46,115 nt of DNA from Pseudomonadota bacterium (GTDB lineage: Bacteria > Bdellovibrionota_B > Oligoflexia > Oligoflexales > CAIMVM01). Shown piece by piece: positions 31,030 to 40,900 of the stretch. The notes under the pieces were generated by a model that saw only the letters and a program-made list of their open reading frames with translations, searched no databases and was not told the DNA's origin. Position numbers and translations under genes: made by a program. Positions within the stretch are counted from its first letter, which is position 1; every line of letters begins with the position of its first letter. The stretch is from the NCBI GenBank assembly GCA_037142195.1, contig JBAXBA010000023.1, positions 1 to 46,115 on the forward strand, written 5' to 3'.

Positions 31030-33051
31030 TTGAAGTCAATATTATTATTCCTTCTATTATTTGCAGGTCAGTGCTTTGCCTACAATGGAGGAGCCTTTCC
31101 TTTTACTGAAATCGATAGCCACGGCAACTATTTCAGTGGTGGTTATAAGAAGTCGCTGATCTACGTCGATGGAAACTTCAGAGCGCTGGAGGTTCTAGGC
31201 CCTGTAACGGGAGGGCTTTTAGAGGGGAAATCTCGCGCCTTATTATGCACTAACTCGGCCATCTACGACCTCGACTCAAGCTACCATTTTGTAAAAAGGC
31301 CGGAGACCTTTGAAGACTTGAAATGCTCCACATGGAAAGATCGATTTGCTTACGTGTCAAAGGGAATTCTTTATCTTTCCGGTGGCTCGAACTTTAGTGT
31401 AGGCAGCATTCATAGCTTAATCCATAATTATTTTGACTTTTTTGTGGTTTATAAAGATGGATCGATTTCCAAAATTACAGAGAAGGGTCTCGTTCCTGTG
31501 ATCGGTAATATTGGGGCCTTGGATTCCAAATCTGTCGTCAAAATGTCGGATGATCTCGTCATGCGGGTTGACGAAAATGGCCTTTATCGCTATCAAATAG
31601 AAGGCAATCGCCTCTCTGACAAAGTGCGATTGCCCATAAGCTCTTGCACAGACAACGAGCTTTGCGGGCTCAGTATTGCTGCCGATAAATCCTATCTCGT
31701 TTCTGGGTATTGGGGTATTTGGCACGGTCTTGATCAGAACTTTAAACGAGTCACCTCTATACCCAACCTTTCCCAAAAAGGAGGCCGGTCCAGTATTTCC
31801 CACACCGGCATGGGAGGGAGCTACATCTACATAGGAGATGACGATGCGGATATTGGTAAACTTAAAAAACTAGAAATAAATCCACCCGCTCTACATTCTT
31901 CAAAACGTGTGGTCTGGCTCAAAACAATGAAAAAGGATCAGCTGTTCTCGTGGAGCCCCCAAAAAAATGTCCGATCGTCAGTTATCATTCAAGATGAGAA
32001 CGAACCTTTGCCCAAAGATTGGGCGGCTTATGAATCGGATACATTAGTTTCTACACCTCTGGAAGATCCGCAAGCAGGCCTTTTAGGACATCAGAGCGCG
32101 CCCCTCGGTCCAGAGACCGCACCTTGGTGGCGAAACCGCATGAATTTGCCCGCAATTGAAGACCTCCTTAAAGATAAGCCCAAGTATTTGATCTCTATTG
32201 GAGTTATCGACACGGGAATCACTTTAAATCATCCTGGGCTTAAGGGACAAATAGCGATCAATCCTAATGAAATTCCTAACAACCAGATCGACGACGACCA
32301 AAATGGTATGGTCGATGACTATCTTGGCTATGACTTTGTTCATGACGACAGCTCCCCTGACGATGAGCACGGCCATGGAACCCACGTCTCAGGCTTAATC
32401 GCTGGACGATTTGCAGACGGGTCTCCCATGGGCCCTAGTGCTGACAATGCCCGATTGGTGATTGCCAAAGGACTTGGCTCATCGGGAAATAGTAACTCCA
32501 TCGATTTAGCTCGAGCCGTAGCCTACGCTGTCAGTCGAAAAGTTGACATTTTGAATTGTAGCTGGGGAGGCGGGTTTGCGACCCAAGTCCTTGAGGACGC
32601 TCTTTCTTTCGCTGTAGAGTCTGGAGTTATCGTTATGATGTCAGCCGGTAATTCTTCCCTGGATCAAGATAAGTCTCCCGAATTCCCCAAAGGACTTCCT
32701 GGACTCACTTTGGTGGCAAGTTCGAACCCATCGAACACAAAATCTAAAAGCTCAAATTTTGGCTCGAAATCGGTTGCGTGGGCTGTACCTGGCGACGAAA
32801 TGTATTCCACGACAAAGGACGGAGAATTTGGGATGATGTCAGGTACGTCGATGGCAAACGGCTTGTCTAGCGGACTCGTAGGATTGGCACTTTCCCACTC
32901 AGAAATCGATCGGCCTTCATTCCTCAAAAATCTTTGTGACACAGCAGATCAAAAAGGATGGAAAGACAAAACTCGTTGTGGGCATTTGGACCTCACCCAT
33001 TTTTTTAAAGTATACGCTCCTTTCTCCATAAATGAAAAACCTTTAGATTAG
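31030..33051 (+). CDS. S8 subtilisin-like protease with uncharacterised N-terminal region
   Basis: GVIDTG, HGHGTHVSG, SAGN, SGTSMA; signal peptide; GGAGG before TTG. Confidence 0.92.
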   Translation: MKSILLFLLLFAGQCFAYNGGAFPFTEIDSHGNYFSGGYKKSLIYVDGNFRALEVLGPVTGGLLEGKSRALLCTNSAIYDLDSSYHFVKRPETFEDLKCSTWKDRFAYVSKGILYLSGGSNFSVGSIHSLIHNYFDFFVVYKDGSISKITEKGLVPVIGNIGALDSKSVVKMSDDLVMRVDENGLYRYQIEGNRLSDKVRLPISSCTDNELCGLSIAADKSYLVSGYWGIWHGLDQNFKRVTSIPNLSQKGGRSSISHTGMGGSYIYIGDDDADIGKLKKLEINPPALHSSKRVVWLKTMKKDQLFSWSPQKNVRSSVIIQDENEPLPKDWAAYESDTLVSTPLEDPQAGLLGHQSAPLGPETAPWWRNRMNLPAIEDLLKDKPKYLISIGVIDTGITLNHPGLKGQIAINPNEIPNNQIDDDQNGMVDDYLGYDFVHDDSSPDDEHGHGTHVSGLIAGRFADGSPMGPSADNARLVIAKGLGSSGNSNSIDLARAVAYAVSRKVDILNCSWGGGFATQVLEDALSFAVESGVIVMMSAGNSSLDQDKSPEFPKGLPGLTLVASSNPSNTKSKSSNFGSKSVAWAVPGDEMYSTTKDGEFGMMSGTSMANGLSSGLVGLALSHSEIDRPSFLKNLCDTADQKGWKDKTRCGHLDLTHFFKVYAPFSINEKPLD

Positions 33052-33333
33052 AAAAATTATGAGAATATCTGAGGCCTCTCCTTGGTCTATGCTCGACCGT
33101 ATGAGAACTGAAAAAGCAGCACCTAATTGTAAATGGCATCTTAAATTTCTATACTTTGTGGAAACTGCCTCGCGAAACCCCAAAAGCAGGCTCCATATGG
33201 TAGGATCAACGCATGACAAGAAGGGTATTTTTTTCGCCATTGTGCCAAAATGCTTAGATGAAAGTCATCTAAGTTGCCTCCATTCCATTGCTACTTCATC
33301 ATAGATAACCATTCTTGAATTGCCTCAGAAATT

Positions 33334-33990
33334 TTGTACAATAGCCCCCTATTGAGAAAAATGGAGAGTTTAAAAATGGTCGGATTAAAAAATGTTTCTT
33401 GGGATATGATTTACGGCGTCACACTAGCCATTGCTGCGGCTATTTTGGGTGTAGGTGACTTATTGGGCGGCAATGCAGACAACTCTCAAATTGCTTTAAT
33501 CAATGAAAAATCCTCTGCCTATCAGTGGTATCAATCCAAAAGCATTAAAGAAACTTTAGTCGAATCACAGCGAGATCTTGTAAAACAAATCCTGGATGCG
33601 GGGCTTATCAATACCGAAAAAGTAGACTCCATAAATAAACAGCTGGATGTTCTAAGTGAGAAGGCGGCGCGTTATAGCAAAGAAAAAAAGGAAATTTTGA
33701 TCGGATCAGCTGCGGTCGGAAAAGAGAATTGGATTCAAGATGTCAAAGGCAAGCTTGGCGAAGTCGTAGGTGCTGAAGAATACACGTCGTTGATTGCAGC
33801 TGCAGGCGCTACCGCCGACCAATTCGACATGTCAGGACTCCTATTGCAACTTTGTTTGGTAATGGGAGCAATTGGATTATTAGTGTCCGAAGAAAAACTC
33901 AAACAATACATTTACTTTGCACTACTTGCTCTCTTTGGTGTTGGCTCAGTATTTTTTGTGAAAGGCCTTTTGTTGCTAAGTAGTTTTTAG
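33334..33990 (+). CDS. DUF4337-family membrane protein (true start may be ATG 33376)
   Basis: WYQSKSIKE motif, N-terminal TM, coiled coil, two C-terminal TMs. Confidence 0.75.
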   Translation: MYNSPLLRKMESLKMVGLKNVSWDMIYGVTLAIAAAILGVGDLLGGNADNSQIALINEKSSAYQWYQSKSIKETLVESQRDLVKQILDAGLINTEKVDSINKQLDVLSEKAARYSKEKKEILIGSAAVGKENWIQDVKGKLGEVVGAEEYTSLIAAAGATADQFDMSGLLLQLCLVMGAIGLLVSEEKLKQYIYFALLALFGVGSVFFVKGLLLLSSF

Positions 33991-34401
33991 TTGGACTCTA
34001 CATTTCCAAAATCAAATGACCAGCTTGCGATTGAGACTCGCCCCAAAACCTTCGCCACTAGGAATCGCAAAATCTCCTCGACAATGGGCACATGTTGGGT
34101 GTTTGTGAGAAATTTTTGATGTCGATTCAGGATTTCCTAAAATTCCTTCTTAAAGACATGGAGAATCAGTCTGGCTATAGCAGACCTTTCCACCTACGCC
34201 GCCAGGGGCCCTCGAAAAACAACAAAAAAGAGACTCTATCAGACATTCCCAGGCTAAAAAATTAGCGCTTAGAAATGACAACTAAGTAAGTCTCTCTATT
34301 TTGATGATTCTAATTATTGTTCGCCATTGCGTGGATTACATCCGCTAGCTTCCTTATCTAAGCGGTGGTTTCGAACTCATTCTTAAGCCAATTGGCAACT
34401 A

Positions 34402-34881
34402 TCATTTAGTGTAGATGGTTTTACCATTCTGATTGGGGCCATAACCCGTTCCACCATTGCATCCTGGCTGAGTCGGTAAACAGTTTCCGCCAGTACCGGG
34501 ATAATACACATCAATCACGGTTTCAGCCAAAAGCTCGACAGTCCCTCGACACTTGGCTTTCACTCGGATTTGGCCTTGCGAGTTAAATGTTTTCTTTAAT
34601 TGCACTCCTGACTCATTGTAAGTCGTACCAAAGTCCCAGGATATGGAAGTTGGGCCATTGTTAAGGCAAGTAGCTGTAAATGTAACCTCACTGCCCTCAA
34701 AGCCTGCAACGGGAACTCTTGTGGCCGAGGCATCAATCCTAAAAGCAGGCTGGCCACCAGGCTGTGGACCGAGAACTGCCGGACTTGGATCCTTGGCATT
34801 CTTCCAAGCAAACTCCGAGCTGCAGCCTATCGCAGCAAAAAGAACTAAAACGATGGGATGGATCACTTTTCCAGGAAACAT
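34402..34881 (-). CDS. PKD-like domain lipoprotein
   Basis: Lipobox AIGC; VTFTA...SWDFG...KTF..G; AAAGGAGG RBS. Confidence 0.75.
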   Translation of the reverse strand: MFPGKVIHPIVLVLFAAIGCSSEFAWKNAKDPSPAVLGPQPGGQPAFRIDASATRVPVAGFEGSEVTFTATCLNNGPTSISWDFGTTYNESGVQLKKTFNSQGQIRVKAKCRGTVELLAETVIDVYYPGTGGNCLPTQPGCNGGTGYGPNQNGKTIYTK

Positions 34882-34898
34882 GGCTTCCTCCTTTGCAG

Positions 34899-34942
34899 GC
34901 TGTCAATGGATTTGACAGCTAATTCCTTACCGACTCTATATT
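34899..34942 (+). promoter_or_regulatory. putative sigma70 promoter with dyad overlapping the -35
   Basis: TTGACA 34912-34917, TATATT 34937-34942 (19-bp spacer); IR GCTGTCAA-N5-TTGACAGC 34899-34919. Confidence 0.5.
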
Positions 34943-34946
34943 GTTA

Positions 34947-35310
34947 GGGGTTTAGCCTCACAACAGCGGGTCCTAGGTAGTATTAAGCAAGATCCTTGCC
35001 AATTGCGCCCGTAGGGAGTGGGGCGCGAGTTCCGCTTGGCTCTTGCCTGGAAAAATCCACAAAGCGTAACCGCTTATCATACGCCCACCATCTAGTCTTG
35101 CATAAGAGAAAGAAAATCGATCTTTGATGGATAGGCTTAAATGACAACTAGCAAGAGCGCCGATGCGTGAAACACGGCGAGAAGGCTGAAAGAGCATAAC
35201 ACTCTGAGTCCTGGAAAGTTCTCTAAACATGGGAAGTCCGCCTGAGCTAGATGGCAGCTGGCGATAGTCGCCAACCTTGCGGAAAGGAAAATTCTAGATC
35301 GACGAAGGCG
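34947..35310 (+). ncRNA. candidate large structured ncRNA, OLE-like 5' region (boundaries approximate)
   Basis: No credible ORF; upstream promoter-like sequence; helices 34965-70/35031-36, 34987-91/34995-99, 35003-10/35021-28, 35039-46/35151-58, 35062-66/35071-75, 35088-92/35126-30, 35158-62/35175-79, 35259-64/35268-73; resemblance to OLE recalled from memory, not searched. Confidence 0.6.
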
Positions 35311-35355
35311 ACAAAAGACAAGAAAGGGATACCTGCCTCGATGAGGCAGGTATCC
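35311..35355 (-). terminator. intrinsic terminator of glpX
   Basis: Perfect 13-bp stem GGATACCTGCCTC/GAGGCAGGTATCC (35327-35355) followed on the minus strand by CTTTCTTGTCTTTTGT. Confidence 0.8.
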
Positions 35356-35399
35356 GTCAAATCCATGCAACAAGGTTTGGTTAGGTCCTGAATTAGGGC

Positions 35400-36350
35400 C
35401 TAGATGGATTTTCTATCCAAGTTGTGCTGTGTTTCCACAAATCTTAAAGTACCGGTTTGGGACCTCATGACTAGAGAATGAGTCAAGGCTCTGTGGCCAC
35501 TAAATTTAACCCCTTTTAACATGGATCCATCCGTGACTCCTGTGGCACAAAACATCACATGACCCGATGCTAATTCATGAATCAAAAACTTTTTATCCGG
35601 ATCGCTGATGCCCATGGTCTTTGCCCTTGCCCGCTGTTCCGGTTTATGAAAAATCAGACGTCCCTGAAAGTCTCCACCCACGCAGCGCAGCGCTGCAGCT
35701 GCAATAACACCCTCAGGTGCCCCGCCTATTCCCATGAGAACATCAATACCTGTATTCGGCATTCCAGCAGCAATGGCGGCCTGCACATCGCCGTCACCAA
35801 TCATCCATATTCTCGCGCCTGCTTCTCGAACTTCCCTAACCAAATCAGCGTGGCGTGGGCGATCCAAGATCACGACGGTTAAATCGGAAACTTCGCACTG
35901 CTTGGCCTTTGCTATATTTTTTAAATTTACAGCTGTGGTGGCATCAAGGTCGATCACCCCTGCTGCTTCAGGTCCCACAGCAATTTTTTGCATATAGACA
36001 TCTGGGGCATGCAGGAAGTTTCCTTCCTCTGCAATCGCGATTACCGAAAGAGAGTTAGGCCCCCCTTGCGCACATATTGTTGTGCCTTCTAAGGGGTCTA
36101 GGGCTAAGTCCAAATTGACAGTTCCCCCTGTTCCAACCTTTTCACCAATATATAACATAGGAGCTTCATCCCGCTCGCCTTCGCCAATTCTAACGGTCCC
36201 TGAAAAGTCAATGGAATTCAAAGCTGCTCTCATGGCCTCTACAGCTACATGATCTGCGGCTTTTTCATCCCCTCTTCCCATCATACGGGCTGAAGCTATC
36301 GCCGCAGCTTCGGTAACTCGAATAAACTCAAGGGCAAAGTTACGGTTCAT
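35400..36350 (-). CDS. glpX: class II fructose-1,6-bisphosphatase
   Basis: RVTEAAA, IGEGERDEAPMLYIGE, DPLEGT, LDRPRH, GIGGAPEGV, CATGVTDG. Confidence 0.97.
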   Translation of the reverse strand: MNRNFALEFIRVTEAAAIASARMMGRGDEKAADHVAVEAMRAALNSIDFSGTVRIGEGERDEAPMLYIGEKVGTGGTVNLDLALDPLEGTTICAQGGPNSLSVIAIAEEGNFLHAPDVYMQKIAVGPEAAGVIDLDATTAVNLKNIAKAKQCEVSDLTVVILDRPRHADLVREVREAGARIWMIGDGDVQAAIAAGMPNTGIDVLMGIGGAPEGVIAAAALRCVGGDFQGRLIFHKPEQRARAKTMGISDPDKKFLIHELASGHVMFCATGVTDGSMLKGVKFSGHRALTHSLVMRSQTGTLRFVETQHNLDRKSI

Positions 36351-36624
36351 ATCAAGCCTCTTTTCAATAAGATAATCTATAAGATGCAGGTATACTAACA
36401 GGGTAGTATGCTTTAAAAAAGGGAAAACAAGGACCGCTTTGTTTTAAGAAACTAAACTTTTGAGAGAAAGTATGTAGAGTTAGCCGGTGAATCTCAGCGC
36501 TACAATGATGCACTATGATGCAATAGTTGCAGGTTGTGGGGCGCATGAAAAGACATGCTTCTTTTTTGAGTCTTTTAGGAACTCTTTTTCTAAGTAGGAA
36601 TTTAGACTTACAGTGGATGTTGAA

Positions 36625-37854
36625 ATGAATCATAGCATTGCGATTGTAGGCTCGGGTCCAGCTGGACTTATGGCTGCCGATTTGTTGCTGAATCTAGGCT
36701 ACACGGTTTCCCTATTTGAGCGTCGCGGGGCTATAGGAAGAAAATTGTTTATCGCTGGTTCTAGTGGCTTGAACATTACTAATTCCGCTGGGATTCCAGA
36801 ATTTGCTGAAGCCTATTCGGGGCAAAATTTGTCCTTTTGGCTCTCGATACTCCGTGATTTCACCCCTTCTGAGTGGACTACCTTTATTGAAACTCATTTA
36901 GATCAGGAAACATTTCTGGGAACCTCAGGGCGATACTTCATCAAGTCAAAGACGGCACTCAAGTTTGTACGAAATTGGCGAAATCGTCTCGCGAAGCTCG
37001 GATGTCAATTTTTCTTAAACCACGAACTCAGCCAAATACAAACGGATTTACCTGGAACGGCCCCCTCTCGTCATAGAGCGATACAACTTCAATTTCAAAA
37101 TCGAGCCCCCCAAACCTTCGATGCTGTTATTTTAGCTTTAGGTGGCGGCGCCTGGGAAACCGAATACCCGATCCCCTGGCCTCAACTTTTTTCCCCTTTT
37201 AAAATCCAAGTTCAAGAGTTTGAGCCTAGCAATGTCGGTTGGGAGATCAGCCTCAGCTCTGATTTCTTTAAAGAGGCTGAAGGATTACCTTTAAAAAATA
37301 TTGTTTTTTCTTCGATGAAAGGTTCGAAGAAAGGTGACTTAGTCGTCACTTCCTATGGACTGGAAGGTACCCCGATTTATCGATTAGGGACTGGCCAACT
37401 CTGTTACATCGATCTGAAACCCGACTTGACCCACGCGGAAATTTTAAACAAACTGACTCGAATTAAAGAGAACCTTTCTCCCTTGAGACGTGTCAAAAAG
37501 GCCTTAAATCTCTCGAAAGCTGGGGAGGCACTGCTTTTTCATTCCCTAAAAGGAAAATCTCTTACCTCACTTGAAAGCTTGGTGGATTACATAAAAAAAG
37601 TACCTATAGAACTCACAAAACCTCGCCCATTAAGCGAGTCCATTTCCTCAACTGGCGGACTTCCCTTTTCCAACTTAAATGATAACTTTATGATAAAGTC
37701 CATGCCAGGTGTCTTTGCCACCGGGGAAATGCTTGACTGGGATGCCCCAACAGGCGGATATCTCATTCAAGGTAGCGTCTCCCTCGCAAGAGCGACTGCA
37801 AAAGGGGTCCAAAGATTCCTCTCTAGCCCCCTTCTCAAAAGTACCAATCAGTAA
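36625..37854 (+). CDS. HI0933/BaiN-family NAD(P)/FAD-dependent flavoprotein
   Basis: IVGSGPAGL, GRKLFIAGSSGLNITN, GTSGRYF, GEMLDWDAPTGGYLIQG; ATG 36625 (track GTG 36613). Confidence 0.92.
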   Translation: MNHSIAIVGSGPAGLMAADLLLNLGYTVSLFERRGAIGRKLFIAGSSGLNITNSAGIPEFAEAYSGQNLSFWLSILRDFTPSEWTTFIETHLDQETFLGTSGRYFIKSKTALKFVRNWRNRLAKLGCQFFLNHELSQIQTDLPGTAPSRHRAIQLQFQNRAPQTFDAVILALGGGAWETEYPIPWPQLFSPFKIQVQEFEPSNVGWEISLSSDFFKEAEGLPLKNIVFSSMKGSKKGDLVVTSYGLEGTPIYRLGTGQLCYIDLKPDLTHAEILNKLTRIKENLSPLRRVKKALNLSKAGEALLFHSLKGKSLTSLESLVDYIKKVPIELTKPRPLSESISSTGGLPFSNLNDNFMIKSMPGVFATGEMLDWDAPTGGYLIQGSVSLARATAKGVQRFLSSPLLKSTNQ

Positions 37855-37931
37855 ACTAAAGCCAGCATTGCCCAAACGAGGTCTTCGAAATCCAGAGCTC
37901 CACAGATGTTCTTTTAGCTATAGAAGCGTTT

Positions 37932-40900
37932 TTACCAAAGGTCCAACACGCCTTTTTTCTTCTCTTTTTCAGTACCCTCTTTAGCCTTGGTATCTTGAGG
38001 TGCAGCGACAGGAGGCTCTCCTGGGGCTGCCGGTTCCTGCTTCAATTCCTCTTCAGGGATGACTTGCTTAGGAAGCGGACCTACATCGACAGCAGAGTTC
38101 GTGTCTCCCTGGGAGCTTTCATCTGATATCGGCGCAGGATCACCGCTATCCGAAGGTTCTGGAACCACTTGAGGCTTAGGAGCTACCTTTACTGCCACTT
38201 TAGAAATTACAGGAACCGCAACCGGCTGAAACATACGTCTAGGACTGAAATTGCCGTTGGAAAAATCACTTGGCATCAGCACGGTGGTCCGAAGTGAACT
38301 CACAGAGTACTCATTCTCAAAAGATTCACCGGTTTTTGCAAGATTGGTAGTCGCAAAATTTTCTCTATCTCCTGGATCACCCGCCCTCATAGCAATACCT
38401 CTTGGCAAGTCCACAAGAATAGGAGTTAAAGCCTTGTCATGAGACATCGGCCATTCCCCGCGAGCGACAACTTCTAAATCCAATTTATCTAACTTTTCTT
38501 CATACTTGTTTATCCGAATCACTTCTTTGGCGAAGTCCGTCCAAATAGGCAAAGCTCCCGTACCCCCATAAACTTTTATGCGACCCCTACGCATCATTTT
38601 GGGGCGATCATATCCCACATAGGTCGCTATCGTTAAGCTGTTATCAACATCTAGCGGTCGTCCGAATTCAGTCGGATAAGGGAGGAAACCAGCGAAATAA
38701 GCCGTAGTAAACTCATTGGTGGTACCTGTTTTACCAAATGCAGGAATCCTGACTGTCATATCTGGGGCCACTCCTTCGGCTCGCGGCTTACCTTGCTCTT
38801 CTTGTGGTTTTTCGGCTGCATTTACAAATAATTCCCCCCGAGCGCGCTTACCTGTTCCGTGAGTTACGATCTTTCTCAGGATTTCTCGCATTTGCCAAGC
38901 GTGTTCTGGCTTAATGATCTGTTTTTCAGTAGCCTCAGCCGTATAGAGGACATTGCCTGCCCGATCTTCGATTCGCTTAATAAAAGTAACTTGATTGACA
39001 GGACCATTCTTAAAGAACTGATACGATTTACCAGAAACAAATGACTGGTAGATTTTAGCCACCTCGTTAGCCGTCACCACGTTGGTACCCAGAGGGAAAG
39101 AAAGAACAGGTTCTAACTCAGATTCGACACCTAAAGTCTTGCCAAGTTGCTTGAGGTAGGTCAAGCCAACAGCAATTCTAAAGTCATGATGTTGATAATA
39201 TTGATTTAGGCTGTAAGGCACTTCTCTTGCCAGAACTTCTTGGTATTTCTGCTCGGTGCTTTGTTTTAGTTTCTGCAAAGTCCCCAAATTGACAATTCCA
39301 TCTAGGCAAACATCTAGAAGGGAAATACCAGCGCTTCCCGACAGAGCAGATCCACTTTTGCCCCAAATGCTTTGGACATCAAGAAGATTGAGCGAGCGTC
39401 CGGCTACCACTTGTTCAGGGAAGGATACCCCTACCCGATTGGATAATTCTTCAGGAAGCACGGTCTGAAAACCTAACTCCGTTCTTCCGTCGCTTGAAAT
39501 CACTTTAAAGTGGGATAGCGCTGCCTTTACAACTGGCTGCGACATAGCTCTTTCAGCACCCTCAGTTTCCACTGCAGTTTTTACCATTTGCCAATCTGAA
39601 GTTAAAATGGAAGCCAGACGGTTATATCTTAGATAATTATTTCTAAGCATCTGTACGCGATTGATAGTTTCTTCTCTTGTCGACTCGGTACTATTTCTAA
39701 ACAGGGCTTGAAGTTCCGCTTCATACCCCGTGCCCCACCAAGTGCGCTTCAAATGCCTCAATAAATTTTGCTGTCCTGCAAAAACAAGATCCGGCTTAAG
39801 CTCTTCTACTGCGTTCTGCAATTGCTGTTCCTGAACACCACGGTTATCAAGTTGCACCCCAATGGTACGGGCAACTCTGAAATGGTAGTCTCTCGGACTC
39901 TCGCCATCATAAGGACTTAAATCAAGGGAGGTAAGAAGCTCCTTAAACTGGTCAAAAGAAACTCGATTTAAAAGATTAACACCTAGGTAGACTGAGGCCA
40001 GATTCTCTGACATAACACCGGCCCATATCATAGAAACTTTATTATAGGGACTCGTATGGTCAGGTCTGGGGTAGTAGAAGCGGCCTTGATAAGGAAACAC
40101 TTGCCGTTCATTGTCAAGCTCGTCAAGAATAGACCAGCCCATCTGAAGGCCTGCTAGATAAGTTAGAGATTTAAAGACAGATCCAGGCTGACGTTTAGCA
40201 TGAATGGCCCTGTTGAACCCGAGTGTATCAAAACCAGAAACCACGGCCCTCACTTCCCCGCGATCAAGGGCGACCAATCCACCTGAAATTTCAGGACGTC
40301 TTTGCAACTCCAAGGTAGCTTCATGGGACTCTGTATTGTAATCTTTAATCTCACAGAACAGAATATCGCCAATTTTTATTTTTTCTCGCAGCTCCTTCAT
40401 GAATGCCAAATGACCTTCTGCAGCACCTATCGGCAAATCCATTAACTTCGCAAAGCGAACCAAAGCGTCATTTTTAATAACACCAAAAGGCACTCCAAAA
40501 GACACTTCAATTTCGAAGTCATCAGCACCTTTGCCTTTGATTCCTGTGACTTTTGCATAGTTAAAGTCTCCAGGAACCAATACCCTAAGAGGCTTATATT
40601 TATCAGCGTGCTCAGACTTAAACGGTGACAAGATGGTTTCTAAGCGCGAAAGGTTTCTTCTAGTAGCAAGTTGAGCCGCTTTTTGGAGGGAAGAATCGAT
40701 CGTGGTAAAAATCTTTAGGCCTGCAATGTTGATGTCTTTATCATCTTCAAGACCTAAAGCTTTCAATATTTCTGGCTTGCCAACCATATCTTTAATAAGC
40801 GAAAGAAGAGCTACTTCCGAATTTCTAAACTCACCGCGATTGAAGGGAACCTGCCTCGCCTTTGCTTCTTGGTATTGTTCGTTGGTTATCATCTTCTCAT

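Noticed and set aside
33043..33304. 65-aa and 81-aa ORFs between the subtilase and DUF4337 genes
   Set aside because: No recognisable features or RBS; cannot be supported
34355..34392. tRNA-like GGTTTCGAAC...GCCA fragment
   Set aside because: No cloverleaf could be built on either strand
34947..35310. tmRNA, RNase P RNA, group I/II intron or riboswitch identity for the structured region
   Set aside because: No tRNA-like ends or open tag frame (AAT GAC AAC TAG stops). RNase P-like fragments (GGAAGTCCG, CGCTTAT) are imperfect and in the wrong order. No full intron core. The downstream gene is convergent, so it is not a cis riboswitch.
34973..35373. Minus-strand ORFs of 85 and 78 aa over the candidate ncRNA
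   Set aside because: No RBS or recognisable motif; they lie beyond or across the glpX terminator
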